Shown: positions 20,342 to 29,205 of the stretch, piece by piece
Numbering within the stretch: the first letter of the stretch is position 1
Layout: each line of letters starts with the position of its first letter
Assembly: GCA_963741945.1 (NCBI GenBank)
Contig: CAVUKA010000001.1
Location: 1,056,001 to 1,120,000 of the forward strand
DNA: 64,000 bases
Reading direction: 5' to 3'
From: an uncultured Gemmatimonadales bacterium
GTDB taxonomy: Bacteria > Gemmatimonadota > Gemmatimonadetes > Longimicrobiales > RSA9
Notes under the pieces: generated by a model
Told to the model about the DNA's origin: nothing
The model's database searches: none
Seen by the model: the letters and a program-made list of their open reading frames with translations, nothing else
Program-made: the position numbers and the translations under genes

Positions 20342-20342
20342 T

Positions 20343-21452
20343 TCACCCTCCCGCCGTGGCTTTCGCGGCATCCCCGGTTTCGACCGTCTCCACGTCGACT
20401 CCGTCGGTCCCCAGCCCGGCCCCGCACGCGCCACAGAACTGGAAATCGGCTGGAATCCCTTCCGCGCCGCACGCCGGACAGTCACGGTTCGGCGCGCCCC
20501 ACAGGAATTCGCTGGAGCCCCCGCTCGCCGCGCGCTCGCGGAGCTCCATGTAGCGCGGCTTCCGCTTCTGAACGAAAGCGCGCATTCCCTCCCACGGCTC
20601 GAGGGAGGAGTAGTGGAGCGCCAGCCAGTCGCCCGCATGGCCCACGGTCTGGCTCCAGCTGAGCTCCTTCCAGAAGTTCACCTGCTGCTTCGTGTAACGC
20701 GTGCACTCCGGGAACTGCTGCAGCAGCACCTGAACCAGCTCGTCCACCGCCTCGTCCAGCTTCTCCAGCGAGATCGCGTAGCCGTCCTCTGCGTTCTGTG
20801 CCCTCGCGATCTGTTCCGGCGACGCCCCGTCGATGAACGCTCCGTCCTTCACCACGCTCGGCACGACCCGGTTCACCAGCCCCCAGTCCAGGCATTGCCG
20901 CGGCGGGATCCGGCCGTTGACCATGAGGATCTCGCGGGCGCGGCGGTCGCCGACCAGGAGCGGAAGCCACTGCGTGGCACCGCCGGCCGCCACGCTCCCG
21001 ACGCGCGTCCCTACCTGGCCGATGTAGGCGTGCTCGGCCATCACGGCGAGGTCGCACGCCATCTGGCTCTCGTTGCCTCCGCCGACGGCCATGCCGTTCA
21101 GGCGCGCGATCGTGGGCTTCCCCAGTTGAACGATGCTTTCGATATACTCCCGGAACAGCCGCATGTATTTCCAGTAGTCTCGCGGCCGTTGCGTGTACTC
21201 GGCCTCGTACTCCTTCACGTCGCCGCCCGTGCAGAACGCCTTCGTCCCCGCGCCCGTGTAGACCACCACCCCCACCCCATCGTCGAACGCCGCGTCATGG
21301 AACGCGGTGGTCAGCTCACGCAGCGCTTCCGTGGAGTACGCGTTGTAGTTGTGGGGACGGTTCAGCGTGACGCGCGCCACCCAGTCGGCCTTCTCGTACC
21401 GGATCTCCCGGAAGTCGTACGACTCGGCGGGACGCGGCTCAAACTTCGGCAT
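20343..21452 (-). CDS. oah: 6-oxocyclohex-1-ene-1-carbonyl-CoA hydrolase (ring-opening) with C-terminal Zn ribbon
   Basis: YNAY, AFCTGGDVKEY, YMRLF, LDEAV…FPEC, WLAL; RBS AAGGAG; C-terminal CPACG…FCGACG. Confidence 0.85.
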   Translation of the reverse strand: MPKFEPRPAESYDFREIRYEKADWVARVTLNRPHNYNAYSTEALRELTTAFHDAAFDDGVGVVVYTGAGTKAFCTGGDVKEYEAEYTQRPRDYWKYMRLFREYIESIVQLGKPTIARLNGMAVGGGNESQMACDLAVMAEHAYIGQVGTRVGSVAAGGATQWLPLLVGDRRAREILMVNGRIPPRQCLDWGLVNRVVPSVVKDGAFIDGASPEQIARAQNAEDGYAISLEKLDEAVDELVQVLLQQFPECTRYTKQQVNFWKELSWSQTVGHAGDWLALHYSSLEPWEGMRAFVQKRKPRYMELRERAASGGSSEFLWGAPNRDCPACGAEGIPADFQFCGACGAGLGTDGVDVETVETGDAAKATAGG

Positions 21453-21503
21453 GCTCGGCTCCTTGTCAGACCATGGCACGACGGCCACCTGGGAAAACGA
21501 AAG

Positions 21504-22370
21504 TCACGAAACGGACGACCGCTCCTCACCCGCCACACCCACGGCGGATCCGGCGGCTTCGAAGCGCGGCTCCACGAACCGGTCGGCCGGCTCCGCCAAC
21601 AGCTCGTGGTAATAGTTGAACAGGCTCAGCGCGCACTCCCCCGCCCAGTCCTCCGGCTGCAACGCCCCGGGGAGGAACGGGTCCTGGAGCGGGAACTCCC
21701 GGTACTCGTGCACCAGCCGGAAGCGCCGGACGTACGCGTCCCGCGGCTCGATCGACCCCGGACCCTCCTCCTTCAGCGCCACGCACGCGTCCAGATGACG
21801 CTCTATGAACGCCTCGTAGCGCGCGTTCAGCCCGGCCAGGTCCCAGCAGCGGCCCACCAGCTCACGGGCGTCGCCAAACCCCAGGTGCGGTCCGCGGAAC
21901 ACCTCCACGTACTCCCTCACTTCCAGATCGTCCGCGATCTCACGCACAGGGCCGACGACATCGTGCGGCGTAATCCACAGCCCGTTCCCCAGCGACCCGA
22001 ACCCGAGCCACTCCAGGCGAACCCGCAGGCGGTCCCGCTGCCCCCGCTGCTCCTCCGGAATCGAATACGCCAGCAGCGTCCACTCCCCATCCCACCCCTC
22101 CGCCCCACGCGGCCGGTAGATCCGCGTCTCCCCTTCCTCCAGCAGCCGTCGGCCCCGACCCGTCAGCGCATAGTAGCTGCGACGACCCTCGCGCTCCGCT
22201 TCCAGCCACCCCTTCCCCACCATCCGCGACAGCACCGTCCGCACGTTCGTCTCGCTCAGCCCCAGCGGCTCCAGCAGCCCGATCAGGCTCCCCACCCACA
22301 CCGGTGATGGCCGGTGCAGCAGGAAATCGCCGAACAGCGTGAACACCAGGTCCTGGGGTCGTGCGGCCAT
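21504..22370 (-). CDS. paaX: PaaX-family transcriptional regulator
   Basis: FTLFGD, RTVLSRM..KGWL, YYALT, RIY, WDGEW, L.WLGFG, WDL, QDPFLP.ALQP.DW.G. Confidence 0.9.
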   Translation of the reverse strand: MAARPQDLVFTLFGDFLLHRPSPVWVGSLIGLLEPLGLSETNVRTVLSRMVGKGWLEAEREGRRSYYALTGRGRRLLEEGETRIYRPRGAEGWDGEWTLLAYSIPEEQRGQRDRLRVRLEWLGFGSLGNGLWITPHDVVGPVREIADDLEVREYVEVFRGPHLGFGDARELVGRCWDLAGLNARYEAFIERHLDACVALKEEGPGSIEPRDAYVRRFRLVHEYREFPLQDPFLPGALQPEDWAGECALSLFNYYHELLAEPADRFVEPRFEAAGSAVGVAGEERSSVS

Positions 22371-22440
22371 CTCTTGTCACAAATGGTTAACGATCGTAGT
22401 CTTGCTGCAATACATTGCCGGCCCGACGCCGGTGTCAAGG
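22371..22440 (-). promoter_or_regulatory. Putative promoter/operator region between divergent paaX and maoC
   Basis: AT-rich patch; minus-strand TTGACA at 22433-22438 (no clean -10); palindromes TTGTCACAA (22374-22382), ACGATCGT (22390-22397), GCAATACATTGC (22407-22418). Confidence 0.5.
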
Positions 22441-22506
22441 GTCTTCATGCGGAGGCCCCGGGAACATCGGCGGACCGAGCGCCCTCGCGGATCCGGGAGG
22501 CGGACG

Positions 22507-22977
22507 ATGACGGAGGAATCCCTGACGTTCGATGACTTCGAGGTGGGGCGCACCTACCGGACGGAGAGCCGTGTGGTGACGCAGGCGGACGTGGAGGCGT
22601 TCGCGGCGGTGTCGGGGGATGCGAACCCGCTGCACCTGGACGAGGCGTACGCGGCGCAGACGGTGTTCGGCGGCCGGGTGGCGCACGGTGCGCTGGGGCT
22701 GGCGGTCGCGACGGGGCTGCTGAACCGGCGTGGGCTGACGCGGGGGACGTTGATCGCCTTTCTGGGGCTGACCTGGGACTTCGTCGCCCCGCTGGTGCCG
22801 GAGTCGGAGGTGCACGTGGCGCTGGAGGTATCATCGAAGCGGGTTTCGCGCCGCGCGGACCGGGGCGTGGTGGCCTTCTCGGCGGAGCTGCGGTCGGGCT
22901 CTGAAGTGATCCAGGCCGGGGAGCTCCGGTTCCTGGTGCGGCGGCGCGGAGCGGCCGGTGGCGTGGCGGGGACGTAG
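22507..22977 (+). CDS. MaoC-family (R)-specific enoyl-CoA hydratase/dehydratase
   Basis: FDDFEVG, FAAVSGDANPLHLD, FGGRVAHG; RBS GGAGG. Confidence 0.88.
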   Translation: MTEESLTFDDFEVGRTYRTESRVVTQADVEAFAAVSGDANPLHLDEAYAAQTVFGGRVAHGALGLAVATGLLNRRGLTRGTLIAFLGLTWDFVAPLVPESEVHVALEVSSKRVSRRADRGVVAFSAELRSGSEVIQAGELRFLVRRRGAAGGVAGT

Positions 22978-23029
22978 ACGTCCCTGCTCTCGCGCGGGCG
23001 GGCGCGCGGGTGCCCGCGGGCGAAACCCC

Positions 23030-23120
23030 TACGCGTCAAGGGGGGAAACTCCCGATACATGGCGCAGGTAAATCAGTGAATCCCCGATTGTACGGCTGAG
23101 CGTGCGGGGTAGCTTTTCAG
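23030..23120 (+). promoter_or_regulatory. Putative promoter/operator upstream of iorA fusion
   Basis: AT-richer intergenic stretch with CGATACATGG (23053-23062) and AATC-N11-GATT. Confidence 0.35.
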
Positions 23121-23164
23121 GTGCAGGGCGGGGACACCCGGGCAGCAACTCCGGAGCGAGCCGG

Positions 23165-26100
23165 ATGATGGATAAAGGGGCCGCAGCGCGGCCAGAGAGG
23201 CAGGAGCGCGCGTCGGCGGTGCGTGAAGCCGGCGGGGCATCCAGGGGGCGGCGCCTCCTGCTTTCGGGGAACCAGGCCATCGCCCGTGGGGCGTGGGAGG
23301 CGGGGGTGCGAGTGGGCGCAGGCTACCCCGGCACGCCGAGCACGGAGATCCTGGAAGCGCTGTCGCACCTGGATGGCGTCGACTGCGAGTGGTCGCCGAA
23401 CGAGAAGGTGGCGCTGGAAGTGGCCGTGGGCGCGTCGCTGGGGGGCGCGCGGGCGCTGGCCACGATGAAGCACGTGGGCGTGAACGTCGCCGCCGACCCG
23501 CTCTTCTCGGCCGCGTACATGGGTGTGAACGGCGGGCTCGTGGTCGTGAGTGCCGACGACCCCGGCATGCACTCGTCGCAGAACGAGCAGGACAACCGTC
23601 TATTCGCCCGCCACGCCCGGCTTCCGCTGCTGGAGCCGTCCACGCCGGCGGACGCGCGTCGGTTCACCACGGCGGCGTTCGCGGTCTCGGAGCGCTACGA
23701 CACGCCGGTGCTGCTGCGGACCACGACTCGCCTGAGTCACGGTACCGGCCCGGTCGAGGCGGGTGAGCGGGAAGCAGTGGGGCTGCGGGCATACCACAAG
23801 GACCGCCAGAAGAACGTGGTCCTCCCGGCGCACGGCCGCGTCCGCCACCGCTGGATCGAGGAGGAGCGGATGCCGGCGCTCGCCGCGGAAGCGGAGCGGT
23901 GGGCGGAAGCGGAGCCGGGCGACGGCGACGTCGCCTTCATCACCGCGGGCATTCCCTACCTGTACGTCCGGGAGGCCTTCCCGGCGGCCCCGGTGCTCCG
24001 CCTCGGGATGACGTATCCGCTCCCGGAGATCGCGGTCCGGCGGTTCGCGGAGGAGCACGCGGGGAAGCGGCTCTACGTGGTGGAGGAGCTGGAGCCGTTC
24101 CTGGAGGAGCAGATCCGGGCGCTCGGGCTGGCGCTGGAAGCGCGCACCTGGCCCCGGTACGGCGAGCTGACCGTGCGGCTCCTGCGTCGCGCGGCAGGGG
24201 CTCCCGAGGAGGGCACCGCGGAGGAGACGGCCGCGAACGCGAAGGGTGCGGTCGGTGATGCGCCCCCGGTGCTGCCGTCGCGACCGCCGGCGCTGTGCCC
24301 CGGGTGCGCCCATCGTGGCGTGTTCCACGCCCTGGGACGCATGGACGCCATCGTGAGCGGCGACATCGGCTGCTATACGCTGGGTGCGCTCGCGCCGCTG
24401 GACGCCATGGACGCGTGCATGAACATGGGGGCCTCCATCGGCATGGCGCATGGCATGGAGAAGGTGCTGCCGCCGGATGAAGGGAAGCGTGTGGTGAGCG
24501 TGATCGGCGACTCCACGTTCTACCATTCGGGCGTGACGGGACTGATGGACGTGGTCTACAACCGGGGCAAGGGGACGGTGGTGGTGCTGGACAACCGGAC
24601 CACGGCCATGACGGGGCATCAGGACCACCCGGGCACGGGCCACACGCTCGGCAACGCCGAAGCGCCGCGCATCGACATCGGCGGGATCGCGCGGGCGGTG
24701 GGCGTGGACGACGTGCGCAGCGTGGACCCGTACGATCTCCTGGGCGCGTGGCGCACGCTGGACGACGCGACCCGCACGCAGGCGCCCTCGGTGGTGGTGG
24801 CCGGGAAGCCGTGCGTGCTGAAGGAGAAGGTCTCGTTCGGCGATCCGGTGTTCCTGGACGCGGACCGGTGCACCGAGTGCTTCGCGTGCACGCGGCTGGG
24901 GTGCCCGGCCATCGAGGAGAGCGATGGGCGTCTCGCGGTGAACGACCTGCTCTGCAACGGCTGCACGCTGTGCCAGCAGGTCTGCGCCGACTGCAACGCG
25001 GGGATCGACGTCTCGCTCATGCTCGAGCTGGTGGACCAGGGGCGGCTCTCGGACGCGCTCGAGCTGGTGCTGCGCTCGAACCCGCTGCCCGCCGTCTCCG
25101 CGCGCGTCTGTCCGCACCCCTGCGACCACGACGTGAACGCCCTCGGGTTCCCGCAGGCGGCTACCTATGCGGCCCGGCACCCGTCGCTCGTGGAGCGCTT
25201 CCCCGACGGCGCCAGGAAGATTTCGGTGCGTGCGGTGGAGCAGTTCCTGGGCGACTGGGCCATCGAGAACTACCCGGCCGACGCGCTTTCCCCCGCGGAG
25301 GAGATGGGCCGCTCCGTGGCGGTGGTCGGATCCGGGCCGGCCGGCCTGTCGGCGGCGTGGCACCTCCGGCGCAAGGGGTGGCGCGTCACCGTGTTCGAAG
25401 CCGACGAAGCCCCGGGCGGCATGCTGCGGAGCGGGATCCCCCCGTTCCGGCTGGCGCGGGAAGTACTGGACGCAGAGCTGGGCCGGTTCACCGCTATCGG
25501 CATCGAGTTCCGCACGGCGGCCAGGATCGGTCGGGACATCACGGTGGCAGAGCTGTCCGAGGAGCATGACGCCGTCATCATCGCAGTGGGCCGGCACGCG
25601 CCGCGGACCATCCCGCTGGAAGGGGCCGAGGCGTACGGCTCGTCCGTGCTGGGCGGCCTGGAATTCCTGCGGCGTTTCAACGCAGGCGAGGCGGTGCCGC
25701 TGGGTCGCCGTGTCACGGTGATCGGAGGGGGGAACACGGCCATCGACTGCGCGCGCGCCGCGCGCCGGCTCGGTGCCACCGTGGACGTGGTGTACCGGCG
25801 GACAGAAGCCGAGATGCCGGCCATCCCCGACGAGGTGGAGGAAGCGCGGGAGGAAGGCGTGACGTTCCGGTTCCAGAGGAGCCCCGTGCGGGCGCTGGGA
25901 GAGGGCGGTCGCCTGACGTCGCTGGAAACCATCGCCATGGCGCAGGGCGACCCGGACGAGAGCGGTCGGCGGCGCCCGGACCCGGTGGCGGAGAGCGAGG
26001 AGGTCGAGCCCTGCGACGCGGTGATCCTGGCCGTGGGCGAGGACACCGACCTGGCGTTGCTGGCAGGGAGCGGCATCCGGGCGGGCGACCGGATCGACGT

Positions 26101-26254
26101 CAACTTCGCCGGTGCCACATCGGTGCCCGGCGTGTTCGCGTGCGGTGATGCGGCGTTCGGCCACGGCACGGTGACGCAGGCGGTGGCCACGGGCCGCCGC
26201 GCGGCCGAGCTGGCGAGCAACCCGTTGAAGAAAGGGGCGACCCGTGAGCGATAA
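23165..26254 (+). CDS. iorA: Indolepyruvate:ferredoxin oxidoreductase alpha subunit fused to a GltD/BzdV-like FAD/NADPH oxidoreductase
   Basis: GNQAIARG, YPGTPSTE, NEKVA, MKHVG.NVAAD, SSQNEQD, RPP.LCPGC.H, GDIGCY, GDSTF.HSG, two ferredoxin Cys motifs; then NPLPA..RVCP, GSGPAG, GGGNTAID, YRR. Confidence 0.9.
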   Translation: MMDKGAAARPERQERASAVREAGGASRGRRLLLSGNQAIARGAWEAGVRVGAGYPGTPSTEILEALSHLDGVDCEWSPNEKVALEVAVGASLGGARALATMKHVGVNVAADPLFSAAYMGVNGGLVVVSADDPGMHSSQNEQDNRLFARHARLPLLEPSTPADARRFTTAAFAVSERYDTPVLLRTTTRLSHGTGPVEAGEREAVGLRAYHKDRQKNVVLPAHGRVRHRWIEEERMPALAAEAERWAEAEPGDGDVAFITAGIPYLYVREAFPAAPVLRLGMTYPLPEIAVRRFAEEHAGKRLYVVEELEPFLEEQIRALGLALEARTWPRYGELTVRLLRRAAGAPEEGTAEETAANAKGAVGDAPPVLPSRPPALCPGCAHRGVFHALGRMDAIVSGDIGCYTLGALAPLDAMDACMNMGASIGMAHGMEKVLPPDEGKRVVSVIGDSTFYHSGVTGLMDVVYNRGKGTVVVLDNRTTAMTGHQDHPGTGHTLGNAEAPRIDIGGIARAVGVDDVRSVDPYDLLGAWRTLDDATRTQAPSVVVAGKPCVLKEKVSFGDPVFLDADRCTECFACTRLGCPAIEESDGRLAVNDLLCNGCTLCQQVCADCNAGIDVSLMLELVDQGRLSDALELVLRSNPLPAVSARVCPHPCDHDVNALGFPQAATYAARHPSLVERFPDGARKISVRAVEQFLGDWAIENYPADALSPAEEMGRSVAVVGSGPAGLSAAWHLRRKGWRVTVFEADEAPGGMLRSGIPPFRLAREVLDAELGRFTAIGIEFRTAARIGRDITVAELSEEHDAVIIAVGRHAPRTIPLEGAEAYGSSVLGGLEFLRRFNAGEAVPLGRRVTVIGGGNTAIDCARAARRLGATVDVVYRRTEAEMPAIPDEVEEAREEGVTFRFQRSPVRALGEGGRLTSLETIAMAQGDPDESGRRRPDPVAESEEVEPCDAVILAVGEDTDLALLAGSGIRAGDRIDVNFAGATSVPGVFACGDAAFGHGTVTQAVATGRRAAELASNPLKKGATRER

Positions 26255-26981
26255 GACGAGGGAGTCGGGATCCGGGGACCCGCAGGTCGCGGCCACGGCC
26301 GTGGAAGAAGCCGGCGCGGACGCCGCAGCTCGCTCCGAGCGGGTGTCCGACCGCAGCGGCGGCCTCCCCCCCACCGGCCACGGCGATGTGATGAACATCG
26401 TGCTTGCGGGCGTTGGCGGTCAGGGCTCCGTCCTCGCCACCCGGGTGCTGGCCACGGCGGCGGCGATCGCGGGGCACCAGGTCGTGACCTCGGAAGTGCA
26501 CGGCATGTCGCAGCGCGGCGGAACGGTTCTGACCACGGTGCGCTTCGGCGACTCGGTTCTGTCCTCCTCCATCCCGGAGGGCGAAGCCGACTTCCTGGTG
26601 GCCTTCGAGCGCCTCGAGGCCGCGCGGCACCTGTCCCTGGTGGAACCCGGCGGGATCGTGCTGGTGAACGACCAGCGCATCGCGCCGAGCATCGAATCGC
26701 TGAAGACCGCCGGCTACCCCCGCGACCTCGAGCCGAGTGCGGAGGCGCGCGGCATCACGCTGCTGACCTTCCCGGCGCTGGCGCTGGCCAGGGAGCTGGG
26801 AAACGAGAAGCTGTCCAGCACGATCATGCTGGGCGCGCTGTCGAACTACCTGTTCATTGCCCGGGAGCAGTGGCTGGAAGCGATCCGGCGGACGGTCCCG
26901 CCGAGGACGGTGGAAGCGAACGAAGCCGCGTTCGACACGGGCGCCGAGTGGATGGTGGGCCCCGCGGCGTTCAGCTTCTGA
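26244..26981 (+). CDS. iorB: Indolepyruvate oxidoreductase beta subunit
   Basis: AGVGGQG, SEVHGMSQRGG.V, ELGN, MLGAL; start may be at MNIVLAG. Confidence 0.92.
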   Translation: MSDKTRESGSGDPQVAATAVEEAGADAAARSERVSDRSGGLPPTGHGDVMNIVLAGVGGQGSVLATRVLATAAAIAGHQVVTSEVHGMSQRGGTVLTTVRFGDSVLSSSIPEGEADFLVAFERLEAARHLSLVEPGGIVLVNDQRIAPSIESLKTAGYPRDLEPSAEARGITLLTFPALALARELGNEKLSSTIMLGALSNYLFIAREQWLEAIRRTVPPRTVEANEAAFDTGAEWMVGPAAFSF

Positions 26982-28077
26982 CCCTGGAGATCGGCGCCTC
27001 GTAGTCCCTCGCCCTCTCCATCCCGGCCAGCACCCGCGCGGCCCCTTCGGCCAGCGCCCGCAGCTCGTCTTCGCCGGGGTAGACCCGGACGTCCGCGATC
27101 CAGGTCAGCGCATCCGCGAGCCCGCCCGTCAGCGCCCGGCTGCGCGCCATTCCACCAGTGAGGAGAACGGCGTCGACGCGGCCGCCGAGCGCGGCGGCCA
27201 TGGCGCCGATCTCCTTGCGGATCTGGTAGGACATGGCGAGGAGAACGACGCGAGCATGATCGTCGCCGGCGGCGATGCGCGCTTCCACCTCCCTGAGGTC
27301 CCGGGTGCCGAGATAGGACACGAGACCGCCCTCGCGGAAGAGCCGGCGGTCCGCCTCGGCCATGGTCCAATCCTCCTCCAGGGCGCGCTCCATGAGGCGC
27401 ATCACCGGCACGCTGCCGGCCCGCTCGGTGGAAAACGGCCCTTCCTCCCGGGGGTTGTTCACGTCGACCATGCGCCCGCCCCGGTGTGCCGACACGCTCA
27501 CGCCGCTCCCGAGATGGGCCACCACCAGGCGCAGCTCGTCGTACGAACGACCCACCTCGGCGGCGTAGCGCTTCGCCACGGCCTTGGTGTTGAGCGCGTG
27601 GGAGAGGCAGACGCGATCCAGCCCCGCCAGTCCCGAAAGCCGGGCCACGTCATCCCACTCGTCCACGCTCACGGGGTCCACGATGAATGCCGGGCACCCG
27701 GCCTCGTCGGCCAGTCGGCGAGCCAGGAACGCGCCCAGATTGGACGCGTGCTCGCCCCGCCCCGCCGCGCGCAGGTCCTCCAACATGGCATCGGTCACGC
27801 GGTACGTCCCGCTGGCCAGCGGGCGCAGCAGTCCACCCCGCCCCACCACCGCGTCCATGTCGCCAGGTTCCACGCCGTGCCGTGACAGGGCCCCGCGCAC
27901 CGCATCCAGGCGCATGTCCTGCTGCTCCAGGATCGGCCGCCCACGGAACCCCGCCAGCACCGCGTCATCGTGGGTGGCCGCGTGCTCGAACACCACCGCG
28001 TCGCCGGAGAAGACCGCCAGCTTCGTGCTGGTCGACCCGGGATTGAGAGCCAGAATCAAGAACTCCTCCGCTGCCAT
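26971..28077 (-). CDS. buk: Butyrate (branched/short-chain acyl) kinase
   Basis: NPGSTSTK, GRGGLL, HASNLG, IVDPVSVDE, HALN.KAV, AHLGSG, EGPFS.ERAG, YPGEDE. Confidence 0.93.
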   Translation of the reverse strand: MAAEEFLILALNPGSTSTKLAVFSGDAVVFEHAATHDDAVLAGFRGRPILEQQDMRLDAVRGALSRHGVEPGDMDAVVGRGGLLRPLASGTYRVTDAMLEDLRAAGRGEHASNLGAFLARRLADEAGCPAFIVDPVSVDEWDDVARLSGLAGLDRVCLSHALNTKAVAKRYAAEVGRSYDELRLVVAHLGSGVSVSAHRGGRMVDVNNPREEGPFSTERAGSVPVMRLMERALEEDWTMAEADRRLFREGGLVSYLGTRDLREVEARIAAGDDHARVVLLAMSYQIRKEIGAMAAALGGRVDAVLLTGGMARSRALTGGLADALTWIADVRVYPGEDELRALAEGAARVLAGMERARDYEAPISRVRS

Positions 28078-28108
28078 GACGCGTCCCCGCCTCCCTCGCA
28101 TGCCCGCC

Positions 28109-29038
28109 TCATCCCGCCCGTCCGACCAGTGCACCCAGGGCGATGGAGTGCAGCTTGTCTTCCGCGCTTTCAACGCGCGACGGGATCAGGATCGGCACCG
28201 CGGCGCCCGTGACCACGTGGGCCGTGATCGAACCGCCGAAGTACTTGACCCCTTTGCCCAGGATGTTCCCCGCATCGATCCCGGGGGTGACCATGATGTC
28301 GGCGGCCCCCGCCACCGGACCCGTGATCCCCTTCGCCCGGGCTGCCGAAGGGAGCAGCGCGTTGTCGAGGGCCAGCGGCCCGGCGACGTCGGCGTTCGGC
28401 AGCGCCCGCGCAGCCCACTCGGCGGTGTCGCGGGCGAGCACGGTGGAGGGGACGGCATCGGTGACCACTTCGGTGGCGCTGAGGAGAGCCACGCGCGGCC
28501 GCTCGTAGCCGAGGGCGCGGAACACCGCCACGGCGTTGGCCACGATCTCCCGCAGCGCCGCCGCATCCGGGGCGGGCGTGATCCCGCCGTCCGTGACCCC
28601 CACCAGCCGCACTGAGCCGGAGAGCGCGTCCTCGTAGAGGAGAACATCGGAGAGCAGTCGGCCCGTCCGCAGCCCGCGCTCCCGACGGAGCGCCGCCTTC
28701 AGGAGCTGGTCCGTCCGCAGCGCACCTTTGAGCAGGATGCCCACCTCTCGCGTCACGGCCAGCTCCACCGCCGCGGCCGCGGCCTCCTCCGGAGTTGCAG
28801 CCCTCACCCAGCGGGCGTGGTCCAGCCCGCGGATCGACCCGGCCTCGATGACCGCGCGGATCCGATCCGCATCGCCCACCAGGACGGGCGAGGCGATCCC
28901 CTCCGTCGCGGCCGCCCCGACCGCGGCCAGCGCCGACGCGCTGTCAGCGGCCACTACCGCCACGGAAACGGGCCGGGATTCCCTGGCCCGTGCCCGGAGC
29001 TCAGCGAAGGAACGGATCGGTGCTGTGAGCGTCGGCAT
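28109..29038 (-). CDS. ptb: Phosphate butyryl/acyltransferase
   Basis: LLKG, TDGG, LSATE, PST, GPLALDNA, KGI..PVAG.ADI, GNILGK, SR.ES. Confidence 0.9.
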   Translation of the reverse strand: MPTLTAPIRSFAELRARARESRPVSVAVVAADSASALAAVGAAATEGIASPVLVGDADRIRAVIEAGSIRGLDHARWVRAATPEEAAAAAVELAVTREVGILLKGALRTDQLLKAALRRERGLRTGRLLSDVLLYEDALSGSVRLVGVTDGGITPAPDAAALREIVANAVAVFRALGYERPRVALLSATEVVTDAVPSTVLARDTAEWAARALPNADVAGPLALDNALLPSAARAKGITGPVAGAADIMVTPGIDAGNILGKGVKYFGGSITAHVVTGAAVPILIPSRVESAEDKLHSIALGALVGRAG

Positions 29039-29205
29039 GCCGGCAATATGCCCGCGCGGGGAATCGGGTGCCAGTCAGGCCCGGTCTACCGGCGGGTAAG
29101 GGATTTCCCCGCCCCGTCGCGGTGAATCCTCCTGATTGCCGCTCGCACGCACGGGAGCTTAGGCTGCCAGCACGGCCAGAACCGAACCAAGCGAGGGTAC
29201 CTCTT

